Source: a bacterium (lineage in GTDB: Bacteria > Fidelibacterota > Marinisomatia > Marinisomatales > JAHJCW01). Taken from it: a DNA stretch of 64,000 nt. The notes below the pieces were generated by a model that was not told where the DNA came from, did not search any database, and worked only from the letters and a program-made list of their open reading frames with translations. Position 1 is the stretch's first letter; each line of letters opens with the position of its first letter. Of the stretch, positions 47,908 through 57,039 are shown piece after piece. The stretch covers positions 197,350 through 261,349 of the forward strand of contig JANQGY010000013.1 in the NCBI GenBank assembly GCA_028282845.1, in the 5' to 3' direction. The position numbers were made by a program, and so were the translations under genes.

Positions 47908-50219
47908 TATTTAATCTTCCTTGCATAATCATTCACAATCTCGATGAATTTCTCGGTGTTTTTGCCTGATACAGTCGCATATTCCAAACGATTCTTATCA
48001 TAGCCAAGCATATAAGCTATCTGCTGAACCTTGGCATAAGTTTCCGCAAACCGTTTTGCTCCAAATTCATAATGACATTCATCAGCAGCGCAGCCAACAA
48101 CTAATACACCGGCTGTATCTTTTTCCAATGCTTTTAAAATGAATGATGACTCGATCCTACCGGTACACATGGTTTGGATGAAGATCAAATTTGTGTCTCT
48201 TACTTTAATTTTTGAGAATTGCTCAAAATCCGCTCCATTCCAACTGCAGGAAAAAACCACAATAGATTTTTTATTCAGATCAATCGCCTGCAATTTGAAA
48301 TCCAGCCAATCAGAAGTGAATCTACCGGGTTGAATGACAGAAGAAGGACAAAGCGCAACACAGGTTCCACAACCGCGGCATAGATCAGGATCAATTTTTG
48401 ATATTTTGACCTCATCACCCATATCAATAAGCTGAATTGCATCATAATCACAGACGGTAACACAATCGCCGCAGCCACGGCAGAGACTTGCTGTAACTAG
48501 TGGAATATAACTATCAACCTCAATTGGAATGTCTTTTCCATTTTGTCCTTTAATAACAGCTTCCAATTTTCCATTTTTCAAGATCGTGTCGTCAAATTCT
48601 GATGGAAGTCTTAGAACATAATCATTTTGACCGTCTGAAGTGTGCACAACCGATAAACCTTTATTACATTCTGAAACACAAATAAAGCACTCATCGCAAG
48701 GACCGCAGCGTAAACATCTTTGAGCTTCTGCGATCGCTGTTTTTTCATCAAAACCGTATTCTACTTCGCTAAAATTCCCTTTCCGCTTAGTAACATTTTG
48801 CATTGGAATTTTTGCTCTTTTGATCTTGGGCTGAGTATTATAGTCAATTTTTATTTCAGCTTCAGTTGACTTGGAGCCATCTGATGTTGAGGTCAAATCT
48901 TCCCCGTTAATAAATTGTTCGATTGAACGAGCGGCAATATGTCCTTGTGCTATTGCATCAATTACCGTATTTGGACCGGTAACGGCATCGCCACCGGCAA
49001 ATACGCCGGGAATATTGGTTGCCATTGTCGATTCATCAGCCAATAATGTTTGCCATTTAGATATGTCTATTTCATGGTTTTTGGGCAAAAATGATAGATC
49101 AGGTTTTTGACTGATAGCAGGAATTATCACATCAGCATCAATAATAAATTCTGAATCTTTGATCGGAATTGGTTTGGCGCGACCACTTTCATCGGGTTTA
49201 CCAAGCTTCATCTTAACACACTCAAGTCCGGTTGCAGTGCCATTTTTACCAACGATTTTATTTGGAGCGGCAAGATAATGAATTTTGATGCCCTCTTTTT
49301 CGGCATCTTCTATTTCTTCGTCATTAGCGGGCATTTCATCTCGGGATCGGCGATAAGCAATGGTAACCTTTGAACCGAGTCTCAAAGCCGTTCGAGCAGC
49401 ATCAATTGCCGAATTTCCACCGCCGATTATTATTACATTTTCACCGGGTTTTTTAGCGGTGCCAAGGTTTACTGCGCGTAGAAAAGTCACCGCATCTAAA
49501 AAACCTTTAAATTCGTCTTCACCAGGTATACCTAGTTTTTTGCCAACATGGGCACCAATTGCTAAATAGACGGCATCAAAATCTTTCAATAATTTATTAT
49601 AGGCAGCTTTTCCGGATATTTTTTTGCTTGTTATAATTTTAACACCAATATTTTTAATGTAGCCGATCTCTATATCTAAAATGTCGCGTGGCATGCGGTA
49701 ACTTGGAATTCCTGCAATCAGCATTCCGCCGGGTTCCGATAGTTCTTCAAATATTGTTACATTGAAGCCACTCTTGGCAAGATCGTGTGCAGCAGTTAGA
49801 CCGGCGGGTCCCGAGCCGATTATAGCAATTTTCTCTGTTCTTTTTCCGGCAGTCTTTCCCGGTTTTGGAATGGGATTCTTCAACTCGTAGTCGGCTACGA
49901 ATCTTTTTAAGGCACGTATTGCAACCGGAGCATCTATTTGGTTGCGGTTACAATAACTTTCACAGGGATGTGTACAGACTCTACCGCAAATTCCCGGTAA
50001 TGGATTCTTTTCACGAACCACATGCAAAGCTTCATGAAATTTTCCTGCCGCAATCAATGAAACATAGGCTTTAACATTAACGCCTGCCGGACAGGCCTCC
50101 ATACAAGGTGAAGGATCAACAATTCCAATTGGATAGAACACATTCGGTTTATCCGAAAAGGAAACGGTATTCTTATGTTTCCTAATAAAATTTTTAAAGT
50201 TTGATTCGGTAGTTGGCAT
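47907..50219 (-). CDS. GltD/NfnB-like NAD(P)H-binding flavoprotein fused to a 2x[4Fe-4S] ferredoxin and an MvhD domain
   Basis: N-terminus CMEACPAGVNV, PLPGICGRVCTHPCE and IAIIGSGPAGLTAAHDLA; second dinucleotide site VIIIGGGNSAIDAA; CRGCGDCVTVC and CRGCGTCVALCP; MvhD block VFSCSWNGAD..CTGRI..VVGCAADECHY. Confidence 0.8.
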   Translation of the reverse strand: MPTTESNFKNFIRKHKNTVSFSDKPNVFYPIGIVDPSPCMEACPAGVNVKAYVSLIAAGKFHEALHVVREKNPLPGICGRVCTHPCESYCNRNQIDAPVAIRALKRFVADYELKNPIPKPGKTAGKRTEKIAIIGSGPAGLTAAHDLAKSGFNVTIFEELSEPGGMLIAGIPSYRMPRDILDIEIGYIKNIGVKIITSKKISGKAAYNKLLKDFDAVYLAIGAHVGKKLGIPGEDEFKGFLDAVTFLRAVNLGTAKKPGENVIIIGGGNSAIDAARTALRLGSKVTIAYRRSRDEMPANDEEIEDAEKEGIKIHYLAAPNKIVGKNGTATGLECVKMKLGKPDESGRAKPIPIKDSEFIIDADVIIPAISQKPDLSFLPKNHEIDISKWQTLLADESTMATNIPGVFAGGDAVTGPNTVIDAIAQGHIAARSIEQFINGEDLTSTSDGSKSTEAEIKIDYNTQPKIKRAKIPMQNVTKRKGNFSEVEYGFDEKTAIAEAQRCLRCGPCDECFICVSECNKGLSVVHTSDGQNDYVLRLPSEFDDTILKNGKLEAVIKGQNGKDIPIEVDSYIPLVTASLCRGCGDCVTVCDYDAIQLIDMGDEVKISKIDPDLCRGCGTCVALCPSSVIQPGRFTSDWLDFKLQAIDLNKKSIVVFSCSWNGADFEQFSKIKVRDTNLIFIQTMCTGRIESSFILKALEKDTAGVLVVGCAADECHYEFGAKRFAETYAKVQQIAYMLGYDKNRLEYATVSGKNTEKFIEIVNDYARKIK

Positions 50220-50755
50220 TAATTTGTTAATTCTTTTCCGTAAGTGTAGCCTCTTTCGAGGGCTTCAATATTTTTATCGATAAATCTATCCGGCACCGAT
50301 CCGGGTAGTGCTTTCTTCATTGCATCAATACTTACAACTCCGGTTATCGCCGTAAAAAATCCGACCATCACAACATTGGCAAAAATACGGTTGCCCATTT
50401 CCTCGGCAATTCGTGTAGCCGGGATGGAGAATAATTTTACATCCTTCCGTTTGGTCTTTGGTTTTACGAGGTCGGTATCGGTCAATACTATACTTCCTTT
50501 TTTCGGATCACCGATGAATTTCTCATAAGCTTCCTGTGACATAGCTACCAATATCTCCGGTGTGACAATGTAAGGGTACAATACAGCATTGCTATCAATC
50601 ACAACTTGAGCAGAACAAGCACCGCCGCGTGCTTCGGGTCCAAAACTTTGTGTGAGTGTGGCAAATTTACTGTCAAATAATGATGCAGCTTTTCCGATCA
50701 GCATTCCTGATTTAATTATTCCTTGACCGCCAAATCCTGAAAATCTAATGTCCAT
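50219..50755 (-). CDS. korG: 2-oxoacid:ferredoxin oxidoreductase gamma subunit
   Basis: MDIRFSGFGGQGII start motif. The stop overlaps the start of the downstream GltD-like gene by 1 nt (TAATG). Confidence 0.88.
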   Translation of the reverse strand: MDIRFSGFGGQGIIKSGMLIGKAASLFDSKFATLTQSFGPEARGGACSAQVVIDSNAVLYPYIVTPEILVAMSQEAYEKFIGDPKKGSIVLTDTDLVKPKTKRKDVKLFSIPATRIAEEMGNRIFANVVMVGFFTAITGVVSIDAMKKALPGSVPDRFIDKNIEALERGYTYGKELTN

Positions 50756-51656
50756 TTGGTCCTCTATACGGTATATATTTGTCACCTAATTTTTTAGAGA
50801 GGAATTGATCTCTATTGGTATAAAAATCAGGTTTTTCTTTATCAATAAATTTTCCTACCACTATTTCTTTTTGATAATCAATATCAATATCCCGGGTATC
50901 TGCTCCGTGTTGTATTTTTGCGCTGTTATGGTAGAAGCGCATTAGGTCTAAACCGGAGCCGAGTCGATTACGCCTCGCGTAGAGAGTAGGGCAAGGCGAT
51001 ACAACTTCAATAAATGAGAAGCCCGGTTTAAGCAATGCTTCAGCTATTGATTTGGTAGTTCTGCGAATATGTAGAGCCGTCCAGCGTGCTACATAAACTG
51101 CACCACTGGATTCAGCAAGATAAGGCAAATTAAAGGGGAACTCATAAGCCCCAAATGGAGCGGTGGAAGCATTTGCCTCTTCCGGTGTGGTTGGTCCGGC
51201 TTGACCACCCGTCATGGCATAATTGAAATTATTAATACAAATAATTGTAAGATTCATATTGCGCCGGGCAGCATGTATAAAATGATTTCCACCGATAGCT
51301 GCAATATCTCCGTCTCCGCTTATCACAACAACCTTAAGCTCAGGATTACCAAGAGCCAGTCCGGTTGCAAATGGTACTGCGCGTCCGTGTGTAGAGTGAA
51401 ATGAATCCAATCTTAAATAACCCGCCGCACGTCCTGAGCAGCCAATACCGGAAACGACCGATACCTTATTACGATCCAAACCTGACTTTTGTAATCCCGC
51501 AATAAAAGCAGTTATAACTGTACCAATTCCGCAGGTCGAGCACCAAATATGCGGTAATCGCTCGGTGCGTAAAAAGTCAGTCATTGGATGTTGCAGTTTA
51601 TCAGGAGCTTGGGGTATCTTTAAAGTACTTGTAGTTGGTGCTGAAATTTCGCTCAT
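50745..51656 (-). CDS. korB: 2-oxoacid:ferredoxin oxidoreductase beta (TPP-binding) subunit
   Basis: WCSTCGIG, GIGCSGR, GDGD..AIGGNH TPP motif and NNFNYAMTGGQ. Confidence 0.9.
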   Translation of the reverse strand: MSEISAPTTSTLKIPQAPDKLQHPMTDFLRTERLPHIWCSTCGIGTVITAFIAGLQKSGLDRNKVSVVSGIGCSGRAAGYLRLDSFHSTHGRAVPFATGLALGNPELKVVVISGDGDIAAIGGNHFIHAARRNMNLTIICINNFNYAMTGGQAGPTTPEEANASTAPFGAYEFPFNLPYLAESSGAVYVARWTALHIRRTTKSIAEALLKPGFSFIEVVSPCPTLYARRNRLGSGLDLMRFYHNSAKIQHGADTRDIDIDYQKEIVVGKFIDKEKPDFYTNRDQFLSKKLGDKYIPYRGPNGH

Positions 51657-52813
51657 TTTACACCTTTCTTGATTGCTTTCAAAATATCATTCGGGTCATG
51701 GACCCATCCTCCGGCATGCGGTACACCAATGGTAGTTGCTTTGCCTGCTGCGCATCTTTCAACTTCAATTGAGACTTGTCCCAAATTAATTTCAGGGACA
51801 ATAAATGCTTTAACCTTTGAACTTAATTTTTTAATAAGTTTTTCAGGAAATGGCCAAACCGTGATTAGGCGCATAATACCAACTTTCATTCCTGCTGCAC
51901 GGGCATCCTGAACTGCCTTTAGGGCAACACGTGAAGTAATTCCATAAGAAATAACAATGACTTCCGCATCATCAATCTGATCGGTTTCGATCATACGAAT
52001 ATCTTCTTCATTCTTGATTATTTTATCGACCAAATGATTAACGTTCTTATCCTGAGCATCAGCATTGATAACTGGATAACCACGCTCATCATGAGTAAGT
52101 CCGGTAATATGAATGTTATATCCGTCTCCGGCTTTGATCATTGGTCCGACGGAATTATCGCCATTGAATTTGTATGGTCTATAATCTTCCTTTTTCCCTT
52201 TATAAAAATTGCGCGGAACGATGTCAATCTTATCAGCTTCAGGAATGACAACTTTCTCCGTCATGTGTCCTACGCACTCATCCATCATAAATAGAACAGG
52301 TACTCTGTATTTTTCCGAAAGATTGAAAGCCTTCACCGTAAGATCAAAACATTCCTGCGGTGAATTGGGTGAAATGGCAATTATTTCATAGTCGCCGTGC
52401 GATCCCCAACGCGCTTGCATCATATCGGCTTGACCGGTAAGGGTCGGCAATCCTGTTGAAGGTCCGCCGCGCTGTACATTCACTACAACACAGGGTGTCT
52501 CCATCATTATCGCTAAACCTAAATTCTCCATCATTAGCGAGAAGCCCGGTCCGGATGTTACCGTCATGGATTTTGGTCCCGCCCAAGCCGCACCGACTAC
52601 CGCTGCCATGGATGCAAGTTCATCTTCCATTTGGATAAACATGCCGCCGACTTTTGGGAAACGTTCTGCCATGCGTTCGGCTACTTCCGTCGAGGGGGTA
52701 ATTGGATAACCTGCTAAGAATCGGCAGCCAGCGGCAATGGCACCTTCGGCGCAGGCGTGGTCACCATCAATATAATGACTTCCGGTGGCAACACCAATTG
52801 GATCAGCTTTCAT
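51653..52813 (-). CDS. korA: 2-oxoacid:ferredoxin oxidoreductase alpha subunit
   Basis: GDHACAEGAIAAGCRF.AGYPITPSTE, TVTSGPGFSLM and RGGPSTGLPT. Confidence 0.9.
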   Translation of the reverse strand: MKADPIGVATGSHYIDGDHACAEGAIAAGCRFLAGYPITPSTEVAERMAERFPKVGGMFIQMEDELASMAAVVGAAWAGPKSMTVTSGPGFSLMMENLGLAIMMETPCVVVNVQRGGPSTGLPTLTGQADMMQARWGSHGDYEIIAISPNSPQECFDLTVKAFNLSEKYRVPVLFMMDECVGHMTEKVVIPEADKIDIVPRNFYKGKKEDYRPYKFNGDNSVGPMIKAGDGYNIHITGLTHDERGYPVINADAQDKNVNHLVDKIIKNEEDIRMIETDQIDDAEVIVISYGITSRVALKAVQDARAAGMKVGIMRLITVWPFPEKLIKKLSSKVKAFIVPEINLGQVSIEVERCAAGKATTIGVPHAGGWVHDPNDILKAIKKGVK

Positions 52814-53115
52814 ACTTTTGCCTCTTTCTTTAATACATCATTCACATCAGGGTTGATTGGTTTGCCCTCAACAACAAATATCGCAAATTCAGGACAGATC
52901 ATTTCACATAACGTACAATTAACACAGGCATTATGCTTCAGCACATTTGGATAATGATAACCTTTGCGGTTGAAATCTGTGGATAATTCCAATACGTCCC
53001 GAGGACAATATTCAACGCAAAATTCGCAGCCTTTGCACTGTTCAACGTCAATCTGAACATCGCCGTGCGGGATTTCAATTTTGTTTATATCGAGCGGTAC
53101 GCGCCAATAATTCAT
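52810..53115 (-). CDS. korD: 2-oxoacid:ferredoxin oxidoreductase delta (2x[4Fe-4S] ferredoxin) subunit
   Basis: CKGCEFCVEYCP and CVNCTLCEMICP. Confidence 0.85.
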   Translation of the reverse strand: MNYWRVPLDINKIEIPHGDVQIDVEQCKGCEFCVEYCPRDVLELSTDFNRKGYHYPNVLKHNACVNCTLCEMICPEFAIFVVEGKPINPDVNDVLKKEAKV

Positions 53116-53126
53116 AATGATTCCTT

Positions 53127-53402
53127 TTATTGGACGAAGTTCTCGCCCTCTTCCTTTTTTACTTGTAAATAGAATTCGCAGACATCACAGCTTTCAACAT
53201 TCTTGTTTAGTAACGTCCGGCAGGTTGGTTCACCATCTTGATATGTACCGGTTATGTGCCAACAATAGCGACCACCGAAAAGCCCGCCATTGATACCATT
53301 AAAAGATTTATATTGTACGGAATGGCATTTGCCATATTTCTTAACGTTTTTACCGCCATGTTCACGACCACAACCGTTAAAATCCCAACAATTCATTTTC
53401 AT
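53127..53402 (-). CDS. Small Cys-rich two-CW-like domain protein, first gene of the kor-hdr operon
   Basis: NCWDFNGCGREHGG ... GRYCWHITGT ... CDVCEFY pattern (two C-W motifs). Separated from korD by 11 nt. Confidence 0.55.
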   Translation of the reverse strand: MKMNCWDFNGCGREHGGKNVKKYGKCHSVQYKSFNGINGGLFGGRYCWHITGTYQDGEPTCRTLLNKNVESCDVCEFYLQVKKEEGENFVQ

Positions 53403-53656
53403 TGTAAACTCCGCTGATTATTGGTTATAAAAAAATGATAATTAGTTAGGGCGAAATTAATTTGGACATATTTTTGATAAATCGGAGAGCTAATTGATAG
53501 AATCTGTTTTTTTAAATACACAGTATGTACTTTAGATATCCTTTAGCCTTATTTTTAAATTAACTGTAGTAAATTAATAAAATTTTCTACAAATAGGTAT
53601 AGTAGATTCTATTATCCTAATTATATATTAGGAAATTAAATAATAATTATAGATTA

Positions 53657-53706
53657 AAAGAAAGCATAATTGAAAAATGATTCAAAAAGCTCAATTATGC
53701 TTTCTT
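53657..53706 (-). terminator. Hairpin downstream of the TonB-dependent receptor gene
   Basis: A 16-bp stem aagaaagcataattga/tcaattatgctttctt lies within a few nt of the stop at 53712. It is AT-rich and its T-tract is weak. Confidence 0.55.
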
Positions 53707-53711
53707 ATTTT

Positions 53712-56123
53712 TTAGAAATTATATTTGATTTCAGCGGTGAATAATCTGCCGATTGATGGTGATCCAACCATTTGATAGGCAGTGTCGTCCAGTAAGTTTT
53801 CGATACTGAATTGAATGCCGAGAAATTCACTGATTTGGTAAATTGCTGCAATATCAATCAAGTAAAATCCGCCCAATGGCCCGTTATTGACATAATACGG
53901 ATTGGTCCCGGCAGTACTTAGTCCACTCCCTTCATCGGATGCCTTCCACCTACCGGATACAAATTCGTATTCAGCGACATGGCGTAGATGGGCATTTATA
54001 TCAAAACCTTTTAGGAATATATCATTACCGCGTATTCCGATGGTCCATTTATCAGTAGGCGTATTGAAGTAAAAGCCTTGATAGAAAGTTGAGTCTGCGG
54101 AATTTAATCCGTCTTCTTTAACTTTATCAAAATTGGAGCGGTCAACAAACGAATAATTGGCAAAGATATTCAATTTATTGGAGATCGGATAAGTAATTGC
54201 AACATCAATTCCATTAATTTTTATATTCCCAAAATTCAAATAAGTCAACAGCGGTACGGATGGATCAAGCTCTTCGTCACCCATCAAGATAGCCGGTCCC
54301 ACCGGTATGAAACCGCTTATAAAATTTTTATAACGGCTGTTATAGGCGTTGATGTCTATATATATATTATTATTTAATAAGCCTCTGTAGCCAACCTCGA
54401 TAGTTTCATTAGTTTCAGGCTTTAGAGGATCAATTTTTGTTCCATCAGCTAAGGTGAACCCAAGTCCGTTACCGGCTTGATATCTGCTGCCCGGAACGTA
54501 GATATATAGATATTGTTGGGCAATTGCCGGTGCTTGGAAAGCACGATTCCAGGTTATCCTAAAAGTACCGTTTTCGATTCCACGCCAAGTAAGTCCAAGT
54601 CTTGGGCTGAATTGATCTTCATAATTATCATGCCGATCATATCGAAATGCAAGTGTGGTGCTGAAATCGAATGGCAGATTGCTTTCAATTTGTGTATATA
54701 TCCCAACCTGATCAACAATAATTTCCTCGCCTTGTAATTTGCCGGTTCTCGGGTCTATCCCATGGTCGAAGAGCACCGTTCTTTCACTCACCGGATTCTC
54801 GCGGTCCCAGTTAAATCCTCCGATAATATTGACTCCACCAACTTGAAGGTTGCCCTGCACTTCAGCGCTTAAACGATTGGATTTATCAACAAGATTGATT
54901 GCCTCAATAGCAGTTTCTTCCGGCATTCCCTGCGTAACCTGTAATAGAGCTTTTACATCTTCCTGATAATAACCATCGGAAATATTTCCGATAGAGTGAA
55001 CTCTCGCAAAAATACGGGGATGCGTTATTTGAGCAAACCACCTTTGGGTTGTCCAGTCATCCAAAATATTATGGCCTATGTTGGTGACATTCCGGGTTGA
55101 AAATTGATGATAACCATAACCGCCCGAGATCTCCAGATCGGAAGTGGGTTTATAGTACAAAGTTCCGTTGAGGCGCGCATGCTCAATGGGAATATTATTG
55201 CCCTCAATCGTATATTCACCTGATTCGCGGATTCCATTCTTATTGCCGTCTAACCAGTAAATACGATTATCATCGTAATCTTTGCCGGTTAAATATTCAG
55301 CATTCAATTTATAAGCTAACTGACCGTATGAATCGGCGTAGCGGGCGCGAAAATTTAGAATCGAATTCTGACCGGCTCCCGCTACAACTGTGCCACCTTT
55401 GGAATCTCTGGGATGTAATGTTATCACATTAAGCAGACCGTTATGGGCGTTGGGTCCGTATAAAGCGGAACTGGGTCCCAAAACAATTTCAACTCTATCA
55501 ATGTCCTCACGGGTAATAAGATTCATATTTGCAGCGCTTAATCCGTTCCCCGTCATCATTTCACTCATTCCATCGGTCATTAATTGAAAACGGTAATTGT
55601 AACCGGTCATGAATCCACGGGCATTAATACCCAAGCCATCCATACCGGTACGATAAATATTCACTCCTTTGAGATGTTGAATGGCATTGGCGTAGGAAAA
55701 TCCGGACCATTTGCGTAATTCAAGTGCATTTACTACCGCAACCGTTGATGGTGCATCAACTAATTTTTGATTACGCCGCGCCGCCGATACAACAACTTTG
55801 TCGCCTTCGATTGTTCCTTCAGGTAGAATAAAATCGAGTACATTTGTTTGACTGATAATTTCAATTTCTTTGGTCAATGTTCGATAACCGATGTATGCGG
55901 CATTCAGCTCATAGGTGCCGGCTTTAACATTGTTAATTACATATTTGCCTTCAGAATTGGTTGAAGCTCCCATCGAAGTACCATTGATCCAAACATTTGA
56001 TCCAACCAATGGCTCGCCACTGCTATTTTTAACATAGCCGTTAATTGAATATTGTTGTCCGATCAGTGCAACATTTAAGAACATAATAAGTAAGATTATT
56101 ATGAACTTCTTATAGTTATTCAT
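53712..56123 (-). CDS. TonB-dependent outer-membrane receptor with an N-terminal carboxypeptidase-regulatory-like domain
   Basis: Start set at MNNYKKF (aggag RBS). CarbopepD_reg segment (INGYVKNSSGEPLVGSNVWINGT), plug domain, and a C-terminal beta-barrel ending in ...AEIKYNF. Confidence 0.9.
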   Translation of the reverse strand: MNNYKKFIIILLIMFLNVALIGQQYSINGYVKNSSGEPLVGSNVWINGTSMGASTNSEGKYVINNVKAGTYELNAAYIGYRTLTKEIEIISQTNVLDFILPEGTIEGDKVVVSAARRNQKLVDAPSTVAVVNALELRKWSGFSYANAIQHLKGVNIYRTGMDGLGINARGFMTGYNYRFQLMTDGMSEMMTGNGLSAANMNLITREDIDRVEIVLGPSSALYGPNAHNGLLNVITLHPRDSKGGTVVAGAGQNSILNFRARYADSYGQLAYKLNAEYLTGKDYDDNRIYWLDGNKNGIRESGEYTIEGNNIPIEHARLNGTLYYKPTSDLEISGGYGYHQFSTRNVTNIGHNILDDWTTQRWFAQITHPRIFARVHSIGNISDGYYQEDVKALLQVTQGMPEETAIEAINLVDKSNRLSAEVQGNLQVGGVNIIGGFNWDRENPVSERTVLFDHGIDPRTGKLQGEEIIVDQVGIYTQIESNLPFDFSTTLAFRYDRHDNYEDQFSPRLGLTWRGIENGTFRITWNRAFQAPAIAQQYLYIYVPGSRYQAGNGLGFTLADGTKIDPLKPETNETIEVGYRGLLNNNIYIDINAYNSRYKNFISGFIPVGPAILMGDEELDPSVPLLTYLNFGNIKINGIDVAITYPISNKLNIFANYSFVDRSNFDKVKEDGLNSADSTFYQGFYFNTPTDKWTIGIRGNDIFLKGFDINAHLRHVAEYEFVSGRWKASDEGSGLSTAGTNPYYVNNGPLGGFYLIDIAAIYQISEFLGIQFSIENLLDDTAYQMVGSPSIGRLFTAEIKYNF

Positions 56124-56139
56124 TGTTACTCCTTGTAGA

Positions 56140-57036
56140 TTACCTGATAAATATTCCAAAAATTATTATAATCCCGTTTAAAAAATATATTTTCCTGATT
56201 AAATCACCGCGTTGATTTAATAATACCCAATCGGTTTCTTTTTTCATCAATTGTAATATTTTTATAAACAGTGGTATAGTTATTAGCGTGAGCAGGCAAA
56301 TGATTGGATAAACATCTAATAGTATGAGTGTTACAGTTGACAAATAGATTAAAATACCGATTATTAGCATTGCTATGATGGAACCGTTTCGACTTAACAT
56401 AACCGCTAACGTATTCTTGCCGACTTTCTTATCGGATTCAATATCCGGTAAATTTTGATAAAATAGAATGGCGGCAACCATTATGCCGATTGGGATGGAA
56501 GCCCACAGGGGACTCCAAGTCAGATTACCGTTTATTGCCCAATATGAACCTGCTACCATAATTGGTCCCATATTGATTCCTACAAAGAATTCACCCAAAC
56601 CTCTGTAACCGTATTTAATTGGCGGGGCAACATAAAACACACTGCTCAGAAAGGCAAACAGAATAAAACTCCATAATAACCAAATATTTTGAATATAGGT
56701 TATGTAGATGGCAATCAGTCCAGCAATAAAATATAAGGAGGTTACTGCTATCCATAATGATTTTAGACTTATTTTCCCTTCCTGAATTACTCTTGAACCG
56801 CCAATTGATTCATCGGCATCGGCGCCCTGATAATGGTCAAATAAATCATTAGCAAGATTTGTGGCAAGATGCACCATGAAAGCGGCAATATTAATAAATA
56901 GGAACATACTTAGTTTGTCGGCGTCAATTGGTTTTGATAATGCCAATCCAGCCGTCAAGGGGATAATGGTCGCAATGTAAAAAGGCGGACGACTGGCTTG
57001 ATACCATGCTTTAAGTTGATTTGATTTCTTGCTCAT
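56140..57036 (-). CDS. UbiA-family prenyltransferase, MenA-like (1,4-dihydroxy-2-naphthoate prenyltransferase type)
   Basis: NLANDLFDHYQGADAD (NDxxDxxxGxD) motif and 8-9 TM helices. Confidence 0.75.
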   Translation of the reverse strand: MSKKSNQLKAWYQASRPPFYIATIIPLTAGLALSKPIDADKLSMFLFINIAAFMVHLATNLANDLFDHYQGADADESIGGSRVIQEGKISLKSLWIAVTSLYFIAGLIAIYITYIQNIWLLWSFILFAFLSSVFYVAPPIKYGYRGLGEFFVGINMGPIMVAGSYWAINGNLTWSPLWASIPIGIMVAAILFYQNLPDIESDKKVGKNTLAVMLSRNGSIIAMLIIGILIYLSTVTLILLDVYPIICLLTLITIPLFIKILQLMKKETDWVLLNQRGDLIRKIYFLNGIIIIFGIFIR

Positions 57037-57039
57037 TCT

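Noticed and set aside
53403-53711. 309-nt very AT-rich spacer examined for an ncRNA, a CRISPR leader or a small gene
   Set aside because: Only a weak 7-bp-arm inverted repeat (tcctaat-N5-attagga) and the receptor-gene hairpin were seen. The region is most simply the promoter region of the kor-hdr operon.
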